A stretch of 64,000 nucleotides of DNA from an uncultured Alphaproteobacteria bacterium (GCA_902522465.1 CABYVV010000001.1:90060-154059), one strand, 5' to 3'. Positions 46,395 to 57,093 are shown, counted from the stretch's first letter. Notes: generated by a model from the sequence alone, not told the origin. Numbers and translations: made by a program.

Positions 46395-48308
46395 TTAGGC
46401 AATTCTGCAAGAATTTTTTATTTTTTTTATAAAGTCATCTAACTTTAGGACCTCTTGATTTTTCGAACCAAGAGTTCTTAAAGCAATTTCCTTGTTTTCT
46501 ACTTCTTTATCTCCAATTACACCAATAAAGTTAATTTTTTGAGATGAAAGTTCTCGAATTTTATAATTTAATTTTTCATTCCGATCATCTTTTATACACT
46601 TCACTTTGTTTTTTTTTAATTCCCTGAGTACCTCTGTAGCGTATTTAGAGCAGTTTGAATTAATTGTTGCGAGAGCGACCTGCGTAGGACTTAGCCATGC
46701 AGGAAATCTTCCTGAATAATGTTCTATTAAAATTCCTATAAATCTTTCAAAAGAACCCAATATAGCTCTATGTAACATAACTGGTCTGTATTTATTTCCG
46801 TCTTCTCCAACATAGCTAGCATCTAATCTTTCTGGTAGAACAAAATCAACTTGAAGCGTACCGCATTGCCAATCTCTACCAATTGCGTCACGTAACACAA
46901 ATTCAAGTTTAGGACCGTAAAATGCGCCCTCGCCTGGATTTAATTCATAGTGATAACCTGCCGATTCCACAGCATCGATTAATGACTTTTCAGCAAGATC
47001 CCAAACTTTATTAGTACCAGCTCTATTCTCAGGCCTGTCAGAGAATTTGATACGAACGTCCTCAAATCCAAAATCTTTGTAAATTTCCATCAATAGATTA
47101 CAAAAAGATGCCGTCTCTGTAATAATTTGCTTTTCTGTACAAAATATATGAGCATCATCTTGAATGAATGCCCTTAATCTCATCAAACCATGTAATGCTC
47201 CTGAAGGCTCATTTCTATGACAACTACCAAATTCTGCCATCCGAATAGGTAGATCTTTATAACTCTTTATCCCTTGACGAAAAATTTGAACGTGACATGG
47301 ACAATTCATTGGCTTAATTGCCAAAGTTTTTTGTTCCGACTCAGATATAAACATTTGATCCCTAAATTTATCCCAGTGACCGGAGTCTTTCCACAAAGAA
47401 CTATCAACTAATTGCGGTGTGTTTACCTCACAGTAACCTGCTTTTTCTAGCTTTCCTCCAATATACTCCATTATTGTTTTGTATAAAGTCCATCCTCTTG
47501 GATGCCAAAAAACGGATCCTGCTGCTGCCTCTTGAAGATGAAAGAGATTCATTTCTCTCCCTAGTTTTCTGTGATCTCTTTTTTCAGCTTCTTCAAGTCT
47601 CTCAAGATACTTTTTTAGATCTTTTTCATTCGCCCAAGCAGTCCCATAAATTCTTTGAAGCATTACATTTTTTGAATTTCCTTTCCAATAAGCTCCTGCA
47701 AGTTTAGTTAATTTGAATGGTCCAATCATACTTAGTTTTGGTAAGTGCGGTCCTCTACATAGATCAAAAAAATCGGTTTTATCTTGTTCGTAGATTTGAA
47801 AGTCATTTTCTTGTTCAGAGTCCTGAATAATTTCTATCTTATAATTCTCTTTTTCCTTTTCAAAAAGATTTATAGCTTCTTTTTTTGTCTTATATGTTTT
47901 GTTAATTTTTGCACCTCTACCAATTATTTTATTCATTTCGTTTTCAATTTTCGGGAAATCATCAATAGAAATTGGCTTCTCAAATAAAAAATCATAATAA
48001 AATCCGTCTTTAACAGTTGGGCCAATTGCCAGCTTAGCTGAAGGATAGAGTTTTTTTATTGCACTAGCCAGCACCTGTGCTGTCAGGGTATGTCTCATGA
48101 TATCAAGTCCTTCTTCAGAATTTCTAGTTATGATTCTAACTTTTGCATCTTGGTTTAATTCATCTATCAAATCTTTTTGAACACCATCAACAGAAATGGC
48201 AACAGCTTCTTTTAATAAAGACTTTGATATGCTCTCAGCAATTAAGAAACCATTGACACCCTCATGAAATACTTGAGATCTACCGTCAGGAAAAATGAAC
48301 TTTGGCAT
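46395..48308 (-). CDS. thrS: Threonine--tRNA ligase
   Basis: 637-aa ORF with a TGS domain, a second additional domain, a class II core (HRKLGREMNLF, FGSCHRNEPSG) and an anticodon-binding domain. Confidence 0.97.
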   Translation of the reverse strand: MPKFIFPDGRSQVFHEGVNGFLIAESISKSLLKEAVAISVDGVQKDLIDELNQDAKVRIITRNSEEGLDIMRHTLTAQVLASAIKKLYPSAKLAIGPTVKDGFYYDFLFEKPISIDDFPKIENEMNKIIGRGAKINKTYKTKKEAINLFEKEKENYKIEIIQDSEQENDFQIYEQDKTDFFDLCRGPHLPKLSMIGPFKLTKLAGAYWKGNSKNVMLQRIYGTAWANEKDLKKYLERLEEAEKRDHRKLGREMNLFHLQEAAAGSVFWHPRGWTLYKTIMEYIGGKLEKAGYCEVNTPQLVDSSLWKDSGHWDKFRDQMFISESEQKTLAIKPMNCPCHVQIFRQGIKSYKDLPIRMAEFGSCHRNEPSGALHGLMRLRAFIQDDAHIFCTEKQIITETASFCNLLMEIYKDFGFEDVRIKFSDRPENRAGTNKVWDLAEKSLIDAVESAGYHYELNPGEGAFYGPKLEFVLRDAIGRDWQCGTLQVDFVLPERLDASYVGEDGNKYRPVMLHRAILGSFERFIGILIEHYSGRFPAWLSPTQVALATINSNCSKYATEVLRELKKNKVKCIKDDRNEKLNYKIRELSSQKINFIGVIGDKEVENKEIALRTLGSKNQEVLKLDDFIKKIKNSCRIA

Positions 48309-48349
48309 AATTTTAATTAAATTAAATGTGTTCTTATGTCAATGACGAA

Positions 48350-49294
48350 TCATAAAGATAATGTAGATTTTATAAATTTAAGAACTTCTGAAAAAAAACT
48401 ATTATCGTTTCCATTATAGTGAAATATTGAGACGTTATCTCCTATAGGAGAACAAAGTTGAGCTTTTGAGTGCTTTGTAAAAAATACAAAACATTTTTTA
48501 CCTCCTTTAGAAACCAAATGCATCGGCCCAGTATCGTTTCCAATTGAAAGTTCTGAATATTTTGAAAGTTTTGCTAGATCTTGCAAAGAAGTTTTTTTGC
48601 ATAAGTTCATAACCTCTGGAAAATCTAACTTTATTTTTTGACAAATTATTTCCTCATCTTTTGAGCCAATAATCAAAATCTTAAACTGTTTTTTTAATAA
48701 AAAATCAATTGCCATTTTGTAAACTTTAATTGGAACTCTTTTATTTTTTCTTTTTCCTGATCCACCAGGGATAATTAGAACATACTTTTCCTTAGGAATT
48801 ACAATTTTAGATTGAAATAACCAACGTAAGTCATTTACAGTTTTAAATTTTATATTACTAAGAGAAAGCTGATCTTTTTGTCTCTCCACTGTATGCATAT
48901 TATTCCTATTTTTATTAATATTGTGATCATAATTTGCATATTTTCCAATCCCATTTATGACCGTTAAATTATTATTAAAGTGTTTCAAATAGTTGGATGA
49001 TCTAGAAGAAGTTTGTAGATCATAAACAAATTCAAATTGAAAATTTCTAATTTTTTTTTTTATTTGGAAAATATCCGAAAAGTAGAAAAAACTTCTTTTA
49101 ATAGTAATTATTTTATCAAACCATTTCGAGTAACTTAGCAGACTATCGTAAGGTTTCTCTGTTAATAAAATTGTTTGCATTTTGTGGTGGTTTTTTATTG
49201 AGAAGATTGCATCTAAGGACAAAATTATATCCCCTAACCCACCAAACTTAATTATTAAGATTTTCTTTTGTTGAGAGTAAGTATTCATAAACAT
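48350..49294 (-). CDS. Glycosyltransferase family 9 (heptosyltransferase-like)
   Basis: 314-aa ORF with the N-terminal KILIIKFGGLGDI motif and the C-terminal GNDTGPMHL motif typical of GT9. Confidence 0.8.
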   Translation of the reverse strand: MFMNTYSQQKKILIIKFGGLGDIILSLDAIFSIKNHHKMQTILLTEKPYDSLLSYSKWFDKIITIKRSFFYFSDIFQIKKKIRNFQFEFVYDLQTSSRSSNYLKHFNNNLTVINGIGKYANYDHNINKNRNNMHTVERQKDQLSLSNIKFKTVNDLRWLFQSKIVIPKEKYVLIIPGGSGKRKNKRVPIKVYKMAIDFLLKKQFKILIIGSKDEEIICQKIKLDFPEVMNLCKKTSLQDLAKLSKYSELSIGNDTGPMHLVSKGGKKCFVFFTKHSKAQLCSPIGDNVSIFHYNGNDNSFFSEVLKFIKSTLSL

Positions 49295-50414
49295 CCATGG
49301 TTTCTTTTAACATCGCATTGAGGCAAAACTTTTCCACTACTCTTCTTCTTGCATTCATTCCAATTTTGTCTTTTTTCTCCTGGGGAAGATCAAGTACTTC
49401 TTGAATTTTTTCAGCTAGTTTTTTTGGATTGGATGGTTCTACAAGCCATCCTGTAATTTCATTTTCAATTATCTCTCTTGAACCACCATGATTTGAAGAA
49501 ATAATTGGTTTTGTCATTGCTGATGCCTCTGCACTTATTCTTCCGAAAGCTTCAGGTTCTATCGATGTTGAGAGAACAATATCTGCTATTGAATAAACAG
49601 CAGGCATATCGCTTAAGTTTCCAGTAAATATAACCCTATTATTTAAGCCTAAATTATCAATTCTTCTTTCAAGTTTCTTCAAAAATCTTTTTTTTTCATC
49701 CTCGCTTCCAACAAATAATAAAACAAAGTTTAATTTCGGATTATTTTTTGAAATTATTTCTGCAGCATCTAGAGCAACCATATGTCCTTTCCATGAAGTT
49801 ATTCTTGCCGGTAATAGAAATACATGAGTATTCTCGGATAACAAAAGTTTTGATAAAAGGTTTTCTTTTCTTTTCTGTGTTACTGATTTGAGATCAAAAT
49901 AACTTGTATCAATCCCTCTACTAATTTGTATTAATCTTGCTTTACTATTAGGAAAATTAAATCTTACGTAATCGTCAATAAATTTGGAAATAGTTATAAC
50001 TCTGTCACCTGCAGTCATTGATCTATTATAAAATTTTTTTACAAAAAAACTATTGCCAGAATATGTTCCATGAAATGTTGTTACCAGAGGTATTTTTTTT
50101 TGTTTAATTATTGAATTAAAACAGAATGCCGGCCATCTACTCCTGATATGTATAATATCAGGTTTGATTTTATTAATAAGTTTGTTGAATTTTTTTTTTA
50201 AAAAAAAAAATTTTAAGAATCCTTTATTTTTCAAACTCAACTCGTAGTGTTCAACACCTAAATATTTGTATTTTTCTGCCATCTCTCCTCCAGAGGAAAG
50301 TATAGCTGACTCAAAACCAGAACTTATTAGTTGCTTAGCAACATCTAGTGTTCCTCTTTCAACTCCTCCATTAATTTTGTCAAGGGAGGGTATAATTTGA
50401 AGGATTTTAGGCAT
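49248..50414 (-). CDS. Glycosyltransferase family 4 (GT-B fold)
   Basis: 388-aa ORF with the N-terminal GGVERGTLD motif and a C-terminal E-x7-E-type region EAFGRISAEASAMTKPIISSNHGGSREII. Confidence 0.85.
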   Translation of the reverse strand: MPKILQIIPSLDKINGGVERGTLDVAKQLISSGFESAILSSGGEMAEKYKYLGVEHYELSLKNKGFLKFFFLKKKFNKLINKIKPDIIHIRSRWPAFCFNSIIKQKKIPLVTTFHGTYSGNSFFVKKFYNRSMTAGDRVITISKFIDDYVRFNFPNSKARLIQISRGIDTSYFDLKSVTQKRKENLLSKLLLSENTHVFLLPARITSWKGHMVALDAAEIISKNNPKLNFVLLFVGSEDEKKRFLKKLERRIDNLGLNNRVIFTGNLSDMPAVYSIADIVLSTSIEPEAFGRISAEASAMTKPIISSNHGGSREIIENEITGWLVEPSNPKKLAEKIQEVLDLPQEKKDKIGMNARRRVVEKFCLNAMLKETMDVYEYLLSTKENLNN

Positions 50415-51270
50415 TTATTGATTCTAATACATTATTCAAACCTAATTTATAGTTTTCAAATTTAGGTGTCCAATTTAATATTTTTTTTATTTTTTGATTA
50501 GATACTCTTTTATTGTCTCTGTAAAAATCTTTTACTCTCTCATTTATCTCCGATGATGAAATTTTTAAATATTCTATATTTTTTATATTTAACAACTTTG
50601 ATGCGTACTCAAAAACCTCATGTGCGCTACATGGTAAGTTATCGGTCACATTAAATATTTGACCTGGTGTGGACATTTCCATGCTCTTGGAGATTGCTGA
50701 AGCAATATCTTCAACATGTATTCTAGAAAAATAATGATTTTCTAATTTTATTACTCGATTATTACCACTTAATAATCTATCAATTATTGAACGTCCTGGG
50801 CCATAAATACCTGGTAATCTAAAAATATGAGTAGGAAAGTTTTCCTTTCTAAATGATTCTATGAATAAATTTTCAACTCTTAATCTTTTTTCACCTCTTA
50901 ATGTGGTAGGAGATGCTTTTGTTTTTTCGTCAACCCACTCTCCATTATGATTTCCATAGACACTTGTAGACGACAAATAGCCAAACCATTTTAATTTTAT
51001 AAGTATTTTTCTATCTAAAGAATTTATGAAGTTATAAACTAAATCTCCAGTTTCAACTGGTGGGATTGAGTTTATTATATGGGTAACGTTATTGAGTAAT
51101 TGATTTTTTTTTGTTAACTCTTTAAAAGTAAAACGTTTCACATTAAATTTTTTGTCAAACTTTTCAGCCTTTATATTCATTTTATGTGTGCAAATTATTT
51201 CACAACTTCTTTTTAAATTTTGAATTATAAATCTTGAGCAATAACCAGCACCAAAAAAAACTAATTTCAT
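50407..51270 (-). CDS. NAD-dependent epimerase/dehydratase-like SDR protein
   Basis: 287-aa ORF with an N-terminal Rossmann-like FFGAGYCS and an extended-SDR pattern (Y...K-like region RLPGIYGPGR). Confidence 0.7.
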   Translation of the reverse strand: MKLVFFGAGYCSRFIIQNLKRSCEIICTHKMNIKAEKFDKKFNVKRFTFKELTKKNQLLNNVTHIINSIPPVETGDLVYNFINSLDRKILIKLKWFGYLSSTSVYGNHNGEWVDEKTKASPTTLRGEKRLRVENLFIESFRKENFPTHIFRLPGIYGPGRSIIDRLLSGNNRVIKLENHYFSRIHVEDIASAISKSMEMSTPGQIFNVTDNLPCSAHEVFEYASKLLNIKNIEYLKISSSEINERVKDFYRDNKRVSNQKIKKILNWTPKFENYKLGLNNVLESINA

Positions 51271-51271
51271 T

Positions 51272-52165
51272 TTAATTCTTTAATATTTGATTTTTTATCC
51301 AGTCAAAAGTTGGATGATTTGTAAGTTCTTTATGCCAAACAACTTTTGTTTTTCTTCTTTCAAGATCTAAAGGAAGTTCACAAATATGAAAATCGTAAAT
51401 TTTTGCCATCCTTTGAGCAGTTTTTGACGGGAGCGTTAAAATTAAGTCTGTATTTTTTATTATCACAGGTGCGAGTGTAATCAAATCAATTCTCACAGAA
51501 ATCTCCCTTTCAAAATTAAGTTGACTTAGCACCCTGTCGATGGGATGCAAAGGTGCTTCCATTGGGGCAACTCTCAAATGCTTTGAACTTAGATATTGAT
51601 CAATAGAAAGTTTAGATTCTTTTTTGAATCTATGGTTCTTTTTCATAATACATACATATTTTTCCGTGAATAAATCGGAATAACCAAATCTTCCAGCAAC
51701 TGTCTCAAATCGACCAATTGCAAAGTCAATCTCATTGTTGTCCAATAATTTTAGTGCTTCATTACCTTGCTCAGATCTAATACATAATGATGATTCTGGA
51801 GAATTTTTTTCAATAAAGTCTACTAAGTTTGGAAGAATAACAGGTGCCACATCATCAGACATTGAAATTCTATAATTTTTTTTTGTAGTTTTGGGATTGA
51901 AATCAATTGAGGACAATGACAGTTCTAAATTATTTAACGCTGTTTGTATTGGAAGCGATAAATCATTAGCCCTGGGAGTGGGTCGCATTCCCTTTGGGCC
52001 TCTTATAAATAAATCATCTTTCACTAAATATCTTAATCTGTTTAGCGCATTACTCATTGCCGGTTGTGTTATTCCCATCTTCTTACTAGCCTTGGTAACA
52101 TTTTTTTCTTCAAAAAGTGTCTTAAAAACAACAAGCAGGTTTAAATCAAAATTTTTTATATTCAT
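51272..52165 (-). CDS. LysR-family transcriptional regulator
   Basis: 297-aa ORF with the N-terminal HTH DLNLLVVFKTLFEEKNVTKASKKMGITQPAMSNALNRLR and a C-terminal substrate-binding domain. Confidence 0.9.
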   Translation of the reverse strand: MNIKNFDLNLLVVFKTLFEEKNVTKASKKMGITQPAMSNALNRLRYLVKDDLFIRGPKGMRPTPRANDLSLPIQTALNNLELSLSSIDFNPKTTKKNYRISMSDDVAPVILPNLVDFIEKNSPESSLCIRSEQGNEALKLLDNNEIDFAIGRFETVAGRFGYSDLFTEKYVCIMKKNHRFKKESKLSIDQYLSSKHLRVAPMEAPLHPIDRVLSQLNFEREISVRIDLITLAPVIIKNTDLILTLPSKTAQRMAKIYDFHICELPLDLERRKTKVVWHKELTNHPTFDWIKNQILKN

Positions 52166-52241
52166 AAAATGAATTAATCTATTATTATATATTTTTATAA
52201 TAAATTACTTTATTTTTTTTTGATAGTATTAAATATAATAT

Positions 52242-53069
52242 TTGGAGTTGTTTACTTTGTTAATTTTGATTTTGTTCTGTTTTTTGCAAGGTTTTACAGA
52301 GTTTCTTCCGGTTAGTTCTCAAGGACATTTAATTGTTTTTAACGAAAAATTTGAATTAGTTTATTTAACAGACATCACACTATTGGAGTCAACTATTCTT
52401 GCTCACTTTGGCTCTTTTTTTGCTGTTTTTTTTTACTATATGCACACCATTAAAGGATTTTTCGTATCAATAAAACTCATTGACAGACCAGATATAGACA
52501 AAAATTCTTTTTTGTTAATTAATTTAGTAATTTCATCTATTCCATTAATAATATTGGGGTATTTATTTGGGAAATTCTTCAACTATGAGAGTAGCAGAAT
52601 TATACTAATAATCGGGATTACCAGTATTATTTTTGGATTACTATTATTTATTGTGGACAATTTTTGTCTAAGAATAAAGAATCTAAATTCACTAAATTAT
52701 CTTTCATCATTGATCATTGGATTTTTTCAATGTTTAGCCTTAATTCCCGGTGTAAGTAGATCTGGATCCATTGTAACAGCCATGAGATACTTTGGGTTTC
52801 AGAGAAAGTTTGCAGTGTATTATTCTAATTTATTGAGCATTCCTGCAATTTTGTCTGCAACAGGTTATTTATTGATAACAAATCTTGATCAAATTTCCAC
52901 AACTTCAATATTAAGTTTATATGGCATTACGATTTTATTTTTAAGCTTTATTTTTTCTTTAGTGTTTATTTATTTCTTTGTAGCATGGACAAGAAATTTT
53001 TCATTCTTAATTTTTGCCGTCTATCGATTAATTTTTGGTATTTGTTTGATTTATTTCTTTTATTTCTAA
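52242..53069 (+). CDS. uppP: Undecaprenyl-diphosphate phosphatase
   Basis: 275-aa ORF with a TTG start and the motifs FTEFLPVSSQGHL and PGVSRSG. Confidence 0.9.
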   Translation: MELFTLLILILFCFLQGFTEFLPVSSQGHLIVFNEKFELVYLTDITLLESTILAHFGSFFAVFFYYMHTIKGFFVSIKLIDRPDIDKNSFLLINLVISSIPLIILGYLFGKFFNYESSRIILIIGITSIIFGLLLFIVDNFCLRIKNLNSLNYLSSLIIGFFQCLALIPGVSRSGSIVTAMRYFGFQRKFAVYYSNLLSIPAILSATGYLLITNLDQISTTSILSLYGITILFLSFIFSLVFIYFFVAWTRNFSFLIFAVYRLIFGICLIYFFYF

Positions 53070-53081
53070 TTTTAATTTAGT

Positions 53082-54035
53082 TTAAATGTAAGTTTCAACT
53101 ATCGATTTCATTGAAGAAGGATTTTTAATAAATTTTTTGAGATTAGAAAATCCTTTATTTGAAACACTGTCTACATTAAGTAATCGAACCTGATCTCTAG
53201 TTAATGGTGGATAAGGAAGAAGCTCAAAGAAGAATGCCATTAATTTAGCGAGAAAAAATGGTAAAGGAAGATAAATTCTTTTTCTTTTTTTTGCATTTAA
53301 AATTGTATCAAATATTTGATCAAAAGATTGAACTGTAGGACCAGCAAGTTCAAATGTGTGTTTTTTCAAAAGACATACTTTAAGTAAAAAAGAAACCAAG
53401 TCTCCAACGTATATGGGTTGAAATTGAACTCTTTTTTGGAAATCAAGAAGAGGTAAAACTCCCTTTTTACTTATTTCTGGAGTCCCGATTAATGGCAAAA
53501 AAGGACTAAAATTGGACATTTTTAGAAATAAGTTTGTAAATCCATCTCTTTTTCCAAACACAACACTTGGTCTTACTATGACTGAATTAGGAAATAAATC
53601 TTTGATAGCATTTTCACCTTTCATTTTTGATTTTGCGTAATCTGAATCTTTTGATTTATCAATATTTAAAGCAGATAAATGCACAAAATTTCTTATTTTA
53701 TTTTTTTTTATTGATGCGGCCAATTCCCTTGGAATCCTGAAATGAATATCTTCAAATGAGTTTTTTTTATTTTGATACAAAATTCCAATCAGATTAAAAA
53801 CTATATCTGCCCCAACTATAAATTTGTCTATGTTTTCCGAGTTAAATTTTTCTATTTTGAGAAGTCTTACCTGACCAGGCTCATTTCCAATAAAAAAATC
53901 AAGTTTCTTTTTATTGCCTCTAGTTATAATGTCAACTTGACAAGCATTTTTGCAAAGATTATTAACTAAATGAGAACCAATAAACCCAGTTCCACCAAAA
54001 ATAACAATTTTTTTTCCACTAATTTTAAAGTTCAT
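53082..54035 (-). CDS. NAD(P)H-binding SDR protein (complex I NDUFA9-like)
   Basis: 317-aa ORF with the Rossmann motif FGGTGFIGSHL and the overall pattern of alphaproteobacterial NDUFA9-like proteins. Confidence 0.7.
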   Translation of the reverse strand: MNFKISGKKIVIFGGTGFIGSHLVNNLCKNACQVDIITRGNKKKLDFFIGNEPGQVRLLKIEKFNSENIDKFIVGADIVFNLIGILYQNKKNSFEDIHFRIPRELAASIKKNKIRNFVHLSALNIDKSKDSDYAKSKMKGENAIKDLFPNSVIVRPSVVFGKRDGFTNLFLKMSNFSPFLPLIGTPEISKKGVLPLLDFQKRVQFQPIYVGDLVSFLLKVCLLKKHTFELAGPTVQSFDQIFDTILNAKKRKRIYLPLPFFLAKLMAFFFELLPYPPLTRDQVRLLNVDSVSNKGFSNLKKFIKNPSSMKSIVETYI

Positions 54036-54098
54036 AATTTTTTTTACTATTTATAATATAACTCTGGTATTAATAACATAATAAAAATTGATCAAAAA

Positions 54099-54746
54099 AT
54101 GAAAACATTTAAATTTGGCGAATCAAATATTTTTTTACATAGTAATGATTTACCCAAAAGTATCAAAAAACCAAAATCTATTGCAATTGATACTGAAACA
54201 ACAGGACTAAGTCTTAAACGAGATAGACTGTGTTTAGCCCAATTTGCTTTTCCAAACGGAGAATGTCACTTGGTAAAATTTGACGCAAATATTATCAAAA
54301 ACGGAAATAAATCCAAAAATATAAGAAACATTATTGAAGATAAAAAAATTGTTAAGGTCTTTCATTATGCAAGATTTGATGTTGCAATCCTAAATAAATT
54401 TTTTAGCGTAAAAATTGCCAATATTTTCTGCACCAAAATAGCATCTAAATTAGTAAGGACCTACACAGATAAACATGGATTAAAAGACTTATGTAGAGAA
54501 TTATTGAATGTGGATCTTAATAAATCTCAACAATCCTCAGATTGGTCGGCAGAAACATTGTCTGAAAGTCAGATAAAATATGCTTCATATGATGTAATTT
54601 TTCTTTTAAAACTCAAATTTATTTTAGAAGAAATGCTTAAAAGAGAAGGAAGAGTCGAACTTGCAAAATCTGCTTTTGAATTTCTTCCAACAAGAATAGA
54701 ATTGGACTTTCTTGATTGGCAAGATATTGATATATTTGCACATTAA
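54099..54746 (+). CDS. Short 3'-5' exonuclease (RNase D-like DEDD domain)
   Basis: 215-aa ORF with the motifs IAIDTETTGL (Exo I), FHYARFDV (Exo II) and YASYDV (Exo III). Confidence 0.78.
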   Translation: MKTFKFGESNIFLHSNDLPKSIKKPKSIAIDTETTGLSLKRDRLCLAQFAFPNGECHLVKFDANIIKNGNKSKNIRNIIEDKKIVKVFHYARFDVAILNKFFSVKIANIFCTKIASKLVRTYTDKHGLKDLCRELLNVDLNKSQQSSDWSAETLSESQIKYASYDVIFLLKLKFILEEMLKREGRVELAKSAFEFLPTRIELDFLDWQDIDIFAH

Positions 54747-54759
54747 ATTTTAGAGAACG

Positions 54760-55698
54760 ATGGAGATTAAAACAGGAAAAGAAGTAATTGATACTGAGAT
54801 AAAAGCACTAAAATTACTGAAAAAGTATATATCGAAAGATTTTATAAATGTTATAAATTTACTTCATAATATTAAGGGTAAAATATTTTTGTCTGGCATT
54901 GGAAAGAGTGGACATATTGCTACAAAAATAGCCTCAACATTGGCTTCTGTTGGTTCTCCATCCTTTTTTATTCATCCATCTGAAGCTAATCACGGTGACT
55001 TGGGAATGCTAGAAAAAAAAGATTGTATCATACTTATTTCAAATTCAGGTGAGACATCAGAGTTAATCAATCTAATATTGCATTGTAGAAAACTTAAAAT
55101 TCCAATCATTTCAATTACAAGTGAATCAGAAAGTACATTAGCCAAAGAATCTAACTTAAAACTTCTAATTCCAAAAAATATTGAAGCGTGTCCTCTTGAA
55201 CTTGCACCAACTAGTTCGACAACATGCATGCTTGCCTTAGGTGACGCCATTGCAGTGACTCTACTAAAAAAAAAGTCATTTACAAAAAAAGATTTTCACG
55301 AACTTCACCCAGGAGGAAAATTAGGGCAAATACTTCTTCAGGTAAAAGATTTGATGAAAACACGAAAGTCAATCCCTCTAACCTCAGTGACTCATAACGT
55401 GAGTAGAGCAATTTTAGAAATGAGTTCAAAAGGTGAGGGTTGTGTTGGTGTAATATCAAATAAAGGTGAATTGGTTGGGATTATAACAGATGGAGATTTA
55501 AGAAGGCATATGAGTAAGAATTTGCTAGAAAAGAAAGCGAAGGATATAATGACAAAGAATCCAAAAACTCTTTCTCCTTCGACTTTGGTTTCAGAAGCTC
55601 TAACCATGATGAATGAAAAATCAATTACTAATTATTTTATAACTGAAAAAAAAAAACCTATCGGTATTATTCATATGCATGACATCTTACGAACATGA
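54760..55698 (+). CDS. kdsD: Arabinose-5-phosphate isomerase (KdsD/KpsF; SIS domain plus tandem CBS)
   Basis: 312-aa ORF with the SIS motif SGIGKSGHIA, then ISNSGET, and two CBS repeats at the C-terminus. Confidence 0.9.
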   Translation: MEIKTGKEVIDTEIKALKLLKKYISKDFINVINLLHNIKGKIFLSGIGKSGHIATKIASTLASVGSPSFFIHPSEANHGDLGMLEKKDCIILISNSGETSELINLILHCRKLKIPIISITSESESTLAKESNLKLLIPKNIEACPLELAPTSSTTCMLALGDAIAVTLLKKKSFTKKDFHELHPGGKLGQILLQVKDLMKTRKSIPLTSVTHNVSRAILEMSSKGEGCVGVISNKGELVGIITDGDLRRHMSKNLLEKKAKDIMTKNPKTLSPSTLVSEALTMMNEKSITNYFITEKKKPIGIIHMHDILRT

Positions 55699-56267
55699 AT
55701 TATTCAAATTTTATAAAAACTATAAAATATAGTTTTTTAGTTACCTCTGTATCTATAACTCTACTAATTATTAATGATAATTTTTCAAATAAAAGTGAAG
55801 TGGTTTTGAGTCAAAAAACTACTACTAATGAATTCAGTTCAATCAGTCAAATCTTACACAAACCAATGTTTATGAGCATTGACAACAAAAAACAACCCTT
55901 TAAAGTGATGGCCGCAAAAGCAACTAGATTTAAGAATGAACCTAATATTTTTAATCTTGACAATCCTACTGGAGAAATCAAATCAGGTGATGAGGTATTT
56001 TTCCTTAGTGGTGATCATGGTGTTTTTAATAAAGATATTCAACAACTCAAAGTTAATGGAAATGTAAAATTTAAGAATGAAAGTGATATGGTATTTCAAA
56101 CCTCCGAAATGTATTTTGACTTTAACAAAGAAATTTTATCCGGTAGAAAAAAAGTTAAGGGTAAGAAAAATAATTCTTTAATTATTTCTGAGGGCTTTAA
56201 AATACTAAACAAAGGAGAAAAAATTTTCTTTACTGGCAAGACAAAATTAACGTTGATCAATAAATAA
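55695..56267 (+). CDS. lptC: LPS export system protein LptC
   Basis: 190-aa ORF with an N-terminal TM anchor and a beta-jellyroll-like periplasmic part. It sits between kdsD and lptA. Confidence 0.7.
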   Translation: MNYSNFIKTIKYSFLVTSVSITLLIINDNFSNKSEVVLSQKTTTNEFSSISQILHKPMFMSIDNKKQPFKVMAAKATRFKNEPNIFNLDNPTGEIKSGDEVFFLSGDHGVFNKDIQQLKVNGNVKFKNESDMVFQTSEMYFDFNKEILSGRKKVKGKKNNSLIISEGFKILNKGEKIFFTGKTKLTLINK

Positions 56268-56268
56268 T

Positions 56269-57093
56269 ATGAATTACAAAAAATTAAAGATACTTATTTT
56301 GTTTTACATATTCTTTGGAAATGTATCTTCTCAACAGCTATCAAACTTAAATAATAATGACCAACCAATCGAAATTTTTGCTGAGGAGGGTATAGAGTGG
56401 CACAAGAACAAAAATAAGTATGTTGCAATTGGAAATGCAAAGGCAATCAGTGGATCTTTATCTCTTAAATCTGAGAAAATAGAAGCATTCTATACAGAAG
56501 AAAAAAATTCAGGCATGAATATAAAAGAAGTTAAAGCAAAAAAAAATGTTGTGGTGGAAGATAAAAAAATGAAAATTGTAGGAGGTGATTATGCTGAGTA
56601 TAAAACTTCAAATGATTATTTCTTAATTGTTGGTAAAAATATTATCCTTACTTCAGAGGCTAATATGCTTAGATCAAAAGAAAAGCTTGAGTACTGGAGA
56701 TCAAAAAATATTGCAATAGCTACAGGAAAAGCCGAAGCTAAAAAAAAAGACGAATTCACAGTTTTAGCAGATAAGTTAGTTTGGTATTTGAAAGAAAATC
56801 AAAATAAAACAACGGTAAAAAAAATCCTAGGTTTTAATAATGTTTCCATTAAAACTAATAATGAAGTAGCATTTAGTGATAAAGCAATTTATAATAATGA
56901 GACTGAAATATGTAAATTATACGGTAATGTGAAACTACAAAGAGGAGAAAGTTTTTTACTTGGTGAATACGCTGAAGTTGATCTAAGAAGTGGAATAAGC
57001 AAACTATTACCAGCCCCAGGGAAATCACCTAAAGAAAACAAAGTCAGAGCACTAATTGATAAAGGAGGATTAGACGTAGATGAGCCAAATTGA
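56269..57093 (+). CDS. lptA: LPS transport periplasmic protein LptA (OstA-like; longer than usual)
   Basis: 274-aa ORF with a signal peptide and repeated OstA-type beta strands. It lies directly upstream of lptB. Confidence 0.75.
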   Translation: MNYKKLKILILFYIFFGNVSSQQLSNLNNNDQPIEIFAEEGIEWHKNKNKYVAIGNAKAISGSLSLKSEKIEAFYTEEKNSGMNIKEVKAKKNVVVEDKKMKIVGGDYAEYKTSNDYFLIVGKNIILTSEANMLRSKEKLEYWRSKNIAIATGKAEAKKKDEFTVLADKLVWYLKENQNKTTVKKILGFNNVSIKTNNEVAFSDKAIYNNETEICKLYGNVKLQRGESFLLGEYAEVDLRSGISKLLPAPGKSPKENKVRALIDKGGLDVDEPN

